Assembly: GCA_963920595.1 (NCBI GenBank)
Contig: OY986948.1
Location: 1 to 64,000, forward strand
Origin: Eimeria praecox
Lineage: Eukaryota
DNA length: 64,000 bases
Direction of reading: 5' to 3'
Part shown: positions 52,921-64,000 of the stretch, piece by piece
How the letters are laid out: the number at the start of each line of letters is the position of its first letter
How positions within the stretch are numbered: position 1 is the stretch's first letter
Program-made: the position numbers and the translations under genes
Notes under the pieces: generated by a model
Seen by the model: the letters and a program-made list of their open reading frames with translations, nothing else
Databases searched by the model: none
What the model was told of the DNA's origin: nothing

Positions 52921-55900
52921 GTATGCGGTATTGCGTGCTTTTTAAAGCATATCATATCCCTGCGACGCCAGCCCAACGCACTAGCTGTACAAGCGGAACT
53001 AGCAGCCCTGTTGCGCGCACAGCCTCAGATACCGCCGCATCTATTGTTCAGCGCAACACAGCTGCTCGTTGCCTTCGCCCTCAAGATATCATGCCCCAGA
53101 TATAAAGAGAGTTTACAGTGTGGTGCTGTGCAGCAGCAAGACACATTGAAGCCATCACGTGTCTCTCAACAGCAAACACAACAGCGGCAAATCAAGCAAG
53201 AAGCAGAAACCCTGCTCGCTCTGTGTGTGGCATGCGGCTACGCCTGTGCCACATCCCAGGTGTAAGTAAGTTCCTCCCGGATTCTTTCGCTTGCGCACTA
53301 CCTGTATCATGCCTTCCCAGTAGTAGCTCTGCATGCGCATCGTCATGTAACGGCTCATTCGCCTTCCAGGTTTCTGAAGTGAAGCTCTTTTCCTTTAATC
53401 AGCATCAGCCAGCAAACAGTCCATACACTGCAAAAGCATTGGTTAGTTGAATATCCGCGTGGGATGAGGCGGACAATAAAGAATTCGAAGACCCTTGGGA
53501 AGGGAGCAATGGAAAATTGGCATTGGAAAAAATTGCTATTGTGTTCGACAGGAACCAAGCCGCACGCGATCTGCACCCACACCCGCTGCGTATCTCCGTT
53601 AATACGCCTCTAGTATTTGCTGATAGAACCCACTAGCATATATCTAAGCTGCGGTGTATACGCACTGCCTGCATTTTGGTTTTCTTAAGGCTGTGCACGT
53701 CAGGCTGCCGATGCACCATCCGCAATTCGTTAATGTGCACAGCGCTTTCCGGCAGACACAACAGTCTCAGCATCCCGTATATCACAACTCAAGGGCCTGC
53801 TAAAGACCTGTCCGCATGAACTATAGTAGCAGAGTGCCTCAGAGCAGCTCAGCAGTTGGGCGCAAGAACGAGATAGCGTAATGCCCAGTGATAAATTTGA
53901 TCCCGATAGCGTTCTCTCTACTCGGCCCATGGACGAGGTAGATCGATGAATGCGTACTACCTGCATCGTGGTTTACTCAGGAGTGGATTAGCAGCTGCCG
54001 GCAACCCCGACTCAGTAGCAGTGACTAGTAGTTACTGCGTGGTCTAAAATAGAGGTAGGAACCACACAAACCGCATGTCGACGTCTTTAGTGCCTTTGTG
54101 CATTAAACTGCACTGTGCCTGTACTAACATTATTGCATTTCGACAATTCAACGACGCGATACATTTACGAAGCGGTACTGTAATGGAGTCGCAGTGAACT
54201 AAAGAAGTCAAAAAACGTTAATAAAGCGCACAGGAATAGCGGCTGGTAAACGCGTTTGCCTCGCTTGCGCAGGAGCGTACAGGAAGCAAACAACATCGCT
54301 AGTAGCCATGCCTTCCTGTCTACTCACTCGCTGCATCGAGATTGCGCCGGCAGTACTCACACTGGATCTCAAAACCCTTCTGGTGCTGCTTTAGAAGGGT
54401 TTGGGTACAGAGGGAAGGAGTATAGGCAATCATGCAAGAAACGCCCCGTGTGCTTCACACTGTATTGATAGTTGCACTTTGCGGTAATCAGAAAATGTCT
54501 CTAGCGTCCCTAGTGCATCGGAACAGTATAGCGACGGGGTGCAAGAAGAAATAAACACGCTAGCCAGTAGCATTTACCCTGCTGACGCTGATGGAGCCTA
54601 AGGCCGCCAAAGCGCTCAGCAAATACGACTGTTCAGGAGTTCTCCGGGGAATTACGGGTGTGGCTATTTGGTCCAAGCAGCCAGTATATCAGTGTTAGCA
54701 TGTACGCACTAGCTACCTCGGGCGTTGATCAAACTATCATCACCATCCGGCTTATAATCGCCTTCGCCGAAAGCCAAGCTACTGTCCCCTTCACTGTCAT
54801 GTAGAGCCCCCAGGGCAGGAATTTCCATACGGTCTTCAAGCATAATGAAAACAAAGCACACACACAAATGATAATCTTATGGCCGACTGACGGCAGCTGG
54901 GTGGAATCAAGAGCGACGAACAAAGCTAGAAGCATGGTCTCAAATCGCGGCTGTCGGTAAGTGCTAGTAGAATGCATTCACCGGCCCCTAAACTGGAGTT
55001 CCACATAATTAGGCCATGATGTCTGCGTACTTGCTGTATCATACCGTTGTTTATGCTGCGTGTATTCTGGTATCCCTACAACTCTTGAATTCTTAGTCCA
55101 GGCTGCTATGTTTCACGCCCCGAAAGTACGTGCATGTTCCCAAAAGTATCCAAGGGCGGCCAGACCGTCAAGGGGCAAGCGGGAAGTTCGGGCAGAAATA
55201 CGCGGTGCAGCACTAAACCTAGTGTTTGCAAACCGTATAGCGACATAAAAACAGAAAACGCGACTTAGGGCACCTTCCATCACTGGATGCCTTCTCATTC
55301 AAGGCAAACCAAAGAAGCACAAGAATGCCGGCGACTGCGGAGCAGCTCCGTTTTGAATATTTGCACCTCTGGAAAGCCGCACACCTAGTAGATACCCACA
55401 TCTCATCGCAGACGCACGCGCTGCATCGTGTTGGTATCAAATCAACGCTCATCATGGGTAGACGCAGCTGGGTGTACTATCGGTGGCGCTCCAGTTCTTC
55501 CCATGTCCATTGCTTGCTGCTATAGAGGAGCCGATATCCCTTACACCCAGATCCGCGTTACAAAATGGACGTTCGCATCCAAACCTGGAGTCCTGCAGTA
55601 TTCATAATGCTTTGGAATCATACAACGTACACATGGGCACACGAATGAAAGGGTATGGCACCTAAACCAAAGGGAACCGTGTTTAACAGCTGTGGTACCT
55701 ACGTAGCGGAGAGTTAAGTGCGTCCACCACGTCTCCAGTTGAATGATACAGCAGATAGTTGACTGCAGCGCTGCACGCACTAGCTGCATCTCTCATCGGT
55801 CAGAGCGTTGCACATTGGCATGCATGCCAATCGTCAAGCTCCATATCAAGGGCATTGGCTTTTGCATGCCTTTCGTTCTCATCAAGTAGTGGAAATCCAC

Positions 55901-58844
55901 CATGCCGCAAGCTAAACTGCCCCACACAGCCCCACCAAGGCATTCGTAATCGTACAGGCTTTGAACGGTATAGCAGCCTGTATGCCAGACACTAGGGGAT
56001 AGGATAAAAACGCATGACAACTTTCGGTCACGGAAGGAAATCGGAAACGTCATCAGTAGGGATTCAAAGCACATTTGGTAAGCGCAGCGGAGTCTTCTGC
56101 CTTTGCACGTATAGGCAAATATAAAATGTAAAAGCATTAGACAATACGGCCAGGCAAGTCGCACATACGAAAACCATGCCAGGTACGCACCTCCTGCATC
56201 ATCGTTCATCTATCAATCGCCTGCTCACGGTGATGCCAGCAGCGTGAGTATTCTGGGGGCCCTTCACCTGATTCGACTTAGCAATGTAGCGTACTTCAGT
56301 TTTGCAAATAAGTCCCTTTGGGTATGCAAAGCTGCTGGGTGGATGCACACAAAGCGTCAATCATTTTAGATCCCTGTGTAGCGATGGCATAGCATAAATT
56401 ATCCCTCACTAAATTTTGCAACGAAGTGCGGTTTTTCCAACGGCCGCCAGGCACACACTTCTTGGGTATCTGCAGCTTTTAGAATTCCCTGTTTGTCATG
56501 TTCAGCTTCCGCGCAGTGTCATATGGCCCAGATTAGCGTGATAGCACTTTGCATGTATACCGAAAGTGCCCCAATAGAATAAGCAAGGAAACGGAGGAGT
56601 GGCGTGATGCCGGTAAAGGTAGCGTCTGCGTTGACGGATGCAGCATCACCTGGGCTGCTGACAAACAGAATAGCCCAAGGGACACTGTTATTGTAGAAAT
56701 GCGTGGCGATGAGGAGCTCTATGCCGCATAATCCAGTGCTCTCGCTGCAAAAGCTGTACTGCATATCTTAGTACGCAAGTGGCTCACCCGCTGTGTCGTG
56801 GCATTACAGTTGCTGGAGTCACCGCATAGACCTCAATTCTAAGCACCGTGTGAGATGGCAGTTCAGTCCAACTGCCATCGCTCGCCTGCATCACGCAAGC
56901 GTGCCCCTCAATATCCGTTTAACTTATCAATGGATCATTCCATAGATACTCAGAAGAACTGTACTGTCAACAGTTGCGAAACATCTCAAAACCGGGCGCA
57001 CAGTTAAGAACGTGGGGCTCAGTACAGGGTATGGTGAAAATGAAATGATAAAGCTGCCTACGGCCCGCGACGTTCTCATGAAATTGCGGCTGCTGAGCAA
57101 TTGTGCATTTTTGTCTCTCTAAGTCCTTGTAAAGCGGCTTCGGTAGTAAACGCGCACGCCACACCATGCACCAGTTTGCTGCTTGCCGGTGTGGGGCCAC
57201 TGATAATCGCCATTTTGGAGTAAACCAACTCGTCGTTCGGCACCGTTCAGAAGCGTTGCATCTCCTCATGTCTGTTGGCTAACTCTATTTGAACATCACC
57301 GTTTCCTTTAACCCTAATCCAATGCCAGGTGCACGTCGCTTTGAAAAAATAAGGATGGATTGTGATACCCTACGCAGCAAAGCAAAGAAACCCAGTAAGG
57401 TGCACAAGGTGCTCTGATCTTGCTAGTCAGTCTCAATTTCGTATGGGCTGTGCCCCCAACGCTAAATGCAAGCAGCCCATATTTCGGCCATATGCGCACT
57501 CGCTGCTTCACGGTTCCGTGGAGCCTGCAGTTTCTCTGATGGCAAGCTTTGGATGCCACACAAAGTCTTAAGTTGCCTAACTAAGCGTGTGAGCACATTG
57601 AAAGTAGGAAATAATGGCCTTATCATACCTATACTGCTAGCTGAATACACTACCAAAAACGGGCCACTGCTTTTGCATTCCCAGTTGTGCATTTGCACAA
57701 CTGCGAATGCAAAAGCAGTGGCCCGAGTGTGCGCTGTTCTTCCATGTCCTGCCTTTAATTATTGACTACCCTGATCAAGCCGTTAAAGCTTCTACATGGT
57801 GCCGACGTAGCTACGCTGAAAGTTCCCCTAGAATCCCGCAAAAGCCCCAGTGATGTTTGAATAATTAAACATTACAGCAACAGGCAGATGTGGGCAGGGT
57901 GACGCTCCGTATACGAGCAGCAGCCATCGCCACTTACCCGTTAAGCCCAACAAGACCAGTACTGAATTAGGAATGCACATGACAATGCGTGATCTCCGTT
58001 TCATACGGTTTTGCGCTTGTATGGTTGTGGCCCAGGGCCGTACATCAGCGTCTTTCCGTGCCACATTTGGGCATGGTGCTGCTTGCGGCTCGCAGCTCCC
58101 AGAGCTGCGGATATGCCTTTGAACGTCTCTTAAAGTGCTTTATCACGTTTCTCTTGCCAGTTTCTATAATGCTTCAAATATAGCCCATAGCATGGCTTAA
58201 ACAGATAAATAGAAACTCGTACAAAAAGACACACAGCTTGAAGCACTTGTAGTACCTGCTCCCTACATAGCAAAAGGATAGCGGGACAAGACTTAGTACC
58301 AGTTGCAGCCACGACGCTGGGGACAAAACAGGGTCTCCAGCGGGCTTAGACAGCTTTGCGCTGAGTGGTTCTATATAATATTAGTATGCATATTCAACAG
58401 TCTATCAAAGCTTGCATCTATTATTCTTTGACCCGGAGTAGGCTGCCTGCAATGCGCAGACACTTATGCGAACCCTGGTCCAATGTCTGACGCTGGCCCG
58501 ACGCAGTTCTTCGTAAAGCACCACACACTCTCTACCCATAAGCTCAACGCAACAGTAGGACACCAACATAAATGCCCGCATGCCCTAGCCTGCTCACTGT
58601 GCCCTGGACCCGTCCAGTTGGGTGCAAAAAGTCCAATTTGCGTGGCACCAACGATTGCTTTCCCGATGAAGCAAAAGACGCACTTAGGATCGGCAGAATA
58701 TTGAGCGCGTAGCTGAGCAGTTCGGGCCCAAATGCGTCTACGCTTCCGCCACTCCATCCAGCTATTAACTGCCGCACCACGGGTTATACCCAATGCGCTC
58801 CTATTGACACGATCCTCGGCGTGCCTGCTGTGGAATAGGTTCTG

Positions 58845-59412
58845 AGCAGTACCTAAAGAAATGTAACGCAGCCAGATAAAGGCGACTGCCCCGCTCCACC
58901 AAGCTAAAAACAGTTTCGTCGCTGCATTTCAACACCGGTCTATACAATTAGCGCTCCATTGGAGTAACTAAAGCCTCCAGTAGCCGTAATATCACGGCAT
59001 GGATCACTAACAGACCATGCGGACAGCAGGATGAACTAACCAATCGCCACTGGTTGCGGTGAACGTCGTAGCCGAATATCAGGGCTTGAAGGATGCTTCG
59101 AAGTTGCGGCTGCATAACAACCATGTGCCGAACACGTCTACGACTGAACCCATATGGCCCCATATGTTCACGTTTCTGGATCATATCGTGTTTAGATCGA
59201 AGCCACGTCCAACGCCCAACAACCACATAGGTGGCTGCCGCCCCCCCGGCTACGATGTGCACACCAGCCACTGCCATTTCGACTTAATCACAAAGAATCC
59301 ACCAAAATGCAACTAAATCCTCATGTCCACATGTTTGGTTATCGTCCTTTTTGCGGTTTTGTGCAGCACGGCTGCTGTCCATTTGCATGGAACAGGAGTC
59401 ATCCAACGTCGC
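58845..59412 (+). repeat. Family C direct repeat, copy 1
   Basis: Highly similar to 63435-64000 (offset ~4590 bp). Confidence 0.95.
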
Positions 59413-60039
59413 CTACGTCGCGTATCACAGAGGCATTTTGGCGTCCACATGAACACACAAGCAACCCGCTCACACTGTCCTGAGAGAGCGCTGCAGTAGG
59501 GCACACGGACCACGTCTTGCCTGGCCGAAGCCAAATATGGACGCGACGAACCAAGAAGACTCCAATGTGCGGCAGCGTAATCATGAAGCGCCAGCGCTAA
59601 GCACCTATGCATCAATTGCATCTTTTGCCTGGCCGACCCGCCTCACGCAATGCGCACTCGCTGTGTGTCGTGTGATTGTGGAACCTGTGCTCATCGTGCT
59701 ACACAGACACACCCTCCGCTCTCCCATCACCCGTACACCCTCTTCTGAGAGAGCTACTGATATTAATCCTCCATCCCATTGCACCAACCAATTCCTGTCT
59801 TGAGCAGGCAGCCAGCCTGCTAGCTCGCCGTTTGCGTGAGAAAGCGCATGCCATACGGTGTTACTAGCGCACCACAGCAATGCATCATCCGGACACGCAC
59901 AACTGGTGAGGTCCAGCCAGTACTATGCTATGCTTGTTCTTGCAGTGCCAGGGAAGTGCATAAGGCTAGCAATGCGCTCGGAAACCGCCGTTGCAGGGCA
60001 GCTCGATTTTTTGAATGCATATAGGCGTGTTAGTCGAGC

Positions 60040-61450
60040 CAAACTGTGCAAATCAAAATCCCGTCACATAAGCACTTGCTGCGTCAGCAGTCAGCAACCA
60101 TCTTCTGGCCTCGCAATGCTTGTACGCCTTCTCGCTTTGCATGGCTTTTGCATGTGCTTGCGGATGCCCCACAGTCACACCCAACTCCCAGCATTTACGA
60201 CCCTTTCCTCAAGCACGATCGAGTGTCTGCCTGGACGCTCGACAGCACTTCGCTAAGCCGGCAATACTCGCGTGGAGTTCAAGCGCAACGCCAGAATGTC
60301 GCAGGCACCCAGCACCAATTGTGTCTCTTTAAAAGCAAGGGAGCCTAACGCTGACGCCTCAAGGGCTGAAGCGGGTAGTACGGTGGCAACTGCCTTTTCG
60401 CACAATCGGAGAATAGCACCAACACACTCTCATGCATCTTCTTACGGATAGGCAATGGCTGCCGTACTCGCTGGATTTCGAAGCACCACAACACCAATCG
60501 GGACAGAGGGAGTGAGGCAAAATGAACCAGCGATCACCATGGCGGCAAAATACGGCAACCGAGCGAGCTTGTTCAGTCGCATCCAAGCTTCTGTTGATTA
60601 GCATCTCAGTTATGCATGATAGGAACGATGGCGGTTCACCGGGAGTACGCCCAGTAATATCCCAGTTTGTGCATCATGAATTGATTAAGAGGAAAACCAA
60701 AGATCCCCCGAGACGCCTTTCAAAATCCCATACGGCGGGGTCTGCGTATTGGGATCTTGCCCTCTAATTAATGGACTGCGTATTTCTCTACGGCAGCTTC
60801 TACTGCTCTCTGCACTTGTCACGGAAGCTCACGAAGCCTTCAGGTCCCCTGCTACGATGCAAGTGATACTTTAGGACGATATGAGCCCAGAACCTGCTGC
60901 CCCGCAAACCTGAGCGGCGCGAGCAATATTGACGACACGCGTTGGGAAAGTATGACCCCTGCGAAGTTTTCTGTCACACTTTTGTATGGTTTTGCCCCTC
61001 GATATAAACACAATTTACGCATTTGTTGCAACTTGAGTTTGTGCAGAGATGTTATACCCCGTGAGGAGCGCCAAATCTTCTAAAGCGACTGGCTTCTTGT
61101 CTTGAGAACAGCTTTCGCTCAGCAGCAGTTGCTAGGCCGATGCGTTCTGCCCACAATACTGCGTGCTCCCGCCAGGCAATAGTTGTCCTATAACTGAACA
61201 TATGCGCTACCCCTCCCGCCCCCCCCCAAGCGGTGCTATAATCATAATGCTTCGATGGAAACTGTTGCTGCTAAGCAGCTCTACGTCGTGCGCGTATATT
61301 GTGTGTGGTGGCAAACAGTGGAAATCCAAGTCCATCCCCATACGCACTTGCTGCGTCAGCGCTCAGCAGTTGGTCGTTGGCCCAGCAGTGTTCTTATATA
61401 TTGTTTCTTCATACGTTTGAAAATTCCCCACAGCTACTGCCAGCTTGCCG
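60040..61450 (+). repeat. Pair of short diverged direct repeats (~60040-60190 and ~61310-61450)
   Basis: aaac.gtg.aaatc.aa.tcc..c.cata.gcacttgctgcgtcagc..tcagca...ccccacag in both copies, ~1270 bp apart. Confidence 0.7.
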
Positions 61451-63434
61451 CTGCCAGGGCCCATTCTCTAAACTCGTTATTCTATTGCTACGTAGAGGAT
61501 CGAGCAAAGTCAGCCAAACCAGAGGGGCTCGTCACGAGTTTGAGCCCCACAGCACCCAAGAAAGAGGACAAAAATGGCGTGGGCCCATCAATGAATGTGG
61601 AGGTGGCAAAACGAGCAAGTAAGGCAGGTTCAGAAATGTTGTATAGGCGACTTGGCTAGACAGTTTAACATAGAATGGCGTGCGTTGCTGCCGTGTGATA
61701 CACGTAGAGCACAGCTGAGTACCGCTCAATAGTGCGCACCAGCTGTATCATGCTTTTATCTTCCGTGTGCACACTATATGGTGAGCATACACCCTTTAAT
61801 TCCGTGTTTTCTCGGCACCTGCATGAAGGTGATTCGTGGGCACTGCTGGCTCCAGTCAAACAGCAAATGCCCGCTACACCGCACGCCTAACTGCCGCCTA
61901 GGCATTGATCTAGTAGCCAGGACGACATGGGAAATTCGTGCTGCCTTTAGAAAATACAGCAATGCGGCAACCTGATGAAGTGATTGGATGCAGCGGCTGC
62001 TGAGCAACCGTGTGCCACAAGGCTGCGTTATTACGTGAGCCAACTACACGATGCCTCAATCCTCTCATGCACCCACTCGCTGGAGCATGTCTTCACCAAA
62101 GCTGTGCCCGTTACGTAAACAAATATTATCTATAACAGATATAACACAATACCCACGTAATGGATGTAGAGTTAAAAAAAATAAAAAAGCCCCATATGCA
62201 GGTACCGTTGCATGCTCGTTTTAGGTAACAATCCCGCGGGTTTCACCCATCATGGCAAACACTGGCTAAATTTCGAGTCAAAGAGCCACATGGACAGCCA
62301 CCTGGAACGCTGGGGGAGGCACAGGGTTGGTATGGCCTTGAACAGAACGACGACGCACCAAGCCTGCCAGCTGAGGACGGAATTCCCCAGTAATTGCAGT
62401 GGGGAAGATTATAAGAAGCGGCGCGATGGCAACAAGTCGAAAACGCAAAAATGCTCTCTGCCGCATGCATCGGTGGGTGCGCGTGCTTCCGTGCTTAGGG
62501 AGCTGGATCCAAATGCAACTAATGCCAAATGTCCACTCTATACATCGTGCCTTTATCAAATACTACACATAGAATGGCAGACACACACCTTGCGGGCAGA
62601 CAGAAAAAAGATGATATGCTCTACACTTGAGCACTAATATTAATTCTCTCGCCGCGCGGGACCTCTTCGCTAGCTAGGCATTCCCTTGAAACGCCGAAAC
62701 AGCTATTATAATGATAATGCGTCGGCACAGTTCGGCAGCACAACACACGAAAGATGTATTAAATATCCAACAGCGCTCGTGGTTTTGGCAAACCCATGAA
62801 TCTGAGTGAAGCCTGCTTGGCATCTCAGCTGGACACCCTGGCTTCTAACGCGATGCCTTCCCTTGCGCGCATATCTGGTCCCCGTTACAGTTCCACAAGA
62901 GGCCCCGCAGACCTGCTTCTGCAGTAGTGATACACGGAGTACACAGCTTATTGGAACACTGCAATTTGGGGTATAGTATCGTCTATACACTCATCTGAAC
63001 ATAACAACGCAGTGCTGGCGCACTATGAGAACTACCTGCTCCAACTAACCTACAGCATTTCCATAAGGAAGCCAAACTCCAAATGGGTCCATAGCACCAC
63101 ACCTTTCTGCAGCTGACGTGTTTGCTATATCCTCCGTCGATATAACGACAGGTGAAACGGACAAGGCTGCATACGCACGAGTATAACTGCACTTCCGAGA
63201 AACAAAGGAACCCGAATATTCTCCGCTGCGTGCTCCAAGCTTGAAGTCCATAAGCAACTGCTTGCCACATGAGACTATGCCTTCGCCCCCAAACCTGAGT
63301 TGCCTACGTGCGAAACCTGCCACAAACGCACTGGCTGCACGCTCAATTAACCCACATAAACTCACTATTTTTCGACGACGCACATGCAGGTCCTGCATTG
63401 CTACTGCATTTGAGTCATCGCGTGAACTACCCTT

Positions 63435-64000
63435 TCAGCACTACCTGAAGCAATATAACTCAGCCAGCTAAAGGCGACTGCCCTGCTCCACCAAGCTAAA
63501 AACAATTTCGTCGCTGCATTTCAACACCGGTCTATACACTTAGCACTCCATAGGAGTAACTAAAGCCTCCAGTAGCCGTAATATCACGACATGGATCACT
63601 AACAGACCATGCGGACAGCAGGATGAACTAACCAATCGCCACTGGTTGCGGTGAACCTCGTAGCCGAATATCAGGGCTTGAAGGATGCTTCGAAGTTGCG
63701 GCTGCATAACAACCATGTGCCGAACACGTCTACGACTGAACCCATATGGCCCCATATGTTCACGTTTCTGGATCGGATCGTGTTTAGATCGTAGCCACGT
63801 CCAACGCCCAACAACCACATAGGTGGCCACCCACCGGCTACGATGTGCACACCAGCCACTGCCAGTTCGACTTAATCACAAAGAATCCACCAAAATGCAA
63901 CTAAATCCTCATGTCCACATGTTTGGTTATCGTCCTTTTTGCGGTTTTGTGCAGCACGGCTGCTGTCCATTTGCATGGAACGGGAGTCATCCAACATCGC
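63435..64000 (+). repeat. Family C direct repeat, copy 2 (runs off the window end)
   Basis: Highly similar to 58845-59412, from agccag.taaaggcgactgccc to atccaac.tcgc. Confidence 0.95.

Noticed and set aside
55325..55665. Integrase-like words (HRVGIKST, KPGVLQ, THGHTNERV)
   Set aside because: The motifs are too close together and in mixed frames, so I could not distinguish them from chance.
59180..59480. Protease-like motifs on the minus strand (LLVCSCG, FHANGQ, VVGRWTWLR)
   Set aside because: The match needs several frameshifts, and the key residues are not retained in the homologous copy at ~50930-50960.
63040..63270. RT-like AYGLQ...RYIDG in ORF 62983-63270
   Set aside because: Motif spacing is atypical and the upstream RT motifs are absent.

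Overview
Left end of a eukaryotic chromosome. About 8.2 kb of (CCCTAAA)n telomere (TTTAGGG type) is joined directly to a decayed Ty3/gypsy-type pol fragment. Its reverse transcriptase and connection domain lie on the minus strand and break off about where RNase H should begin. Next come ~40 kb of subtelomeric satellite: a mosaic ~925-945 bp tandem array (two blocks), a field of diverged ~1.0-1.1 kb monomers, and a ~23 kb array of a ~3.19 kb higher-order repeat built from three of those monomers. One higher-order unit has four monomers, and another carries a fold-back/template-switch scar. A second gag/protease-like remnant lies between the satellite blocks. The last 14 kb has no convincing intact gene, only dispersed diverged repeats and weak integrase- and RT-like remnants. 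I found no intact CDS, rRNA or tRNA. The TTTAGGG telomere, ~50% GC, TGCATGCA/CAG-type motifs and gypsy debris would fit a coccidian such as Eimeria, but that is inference only. All protein-motif calls come from manual translation, not database searches.
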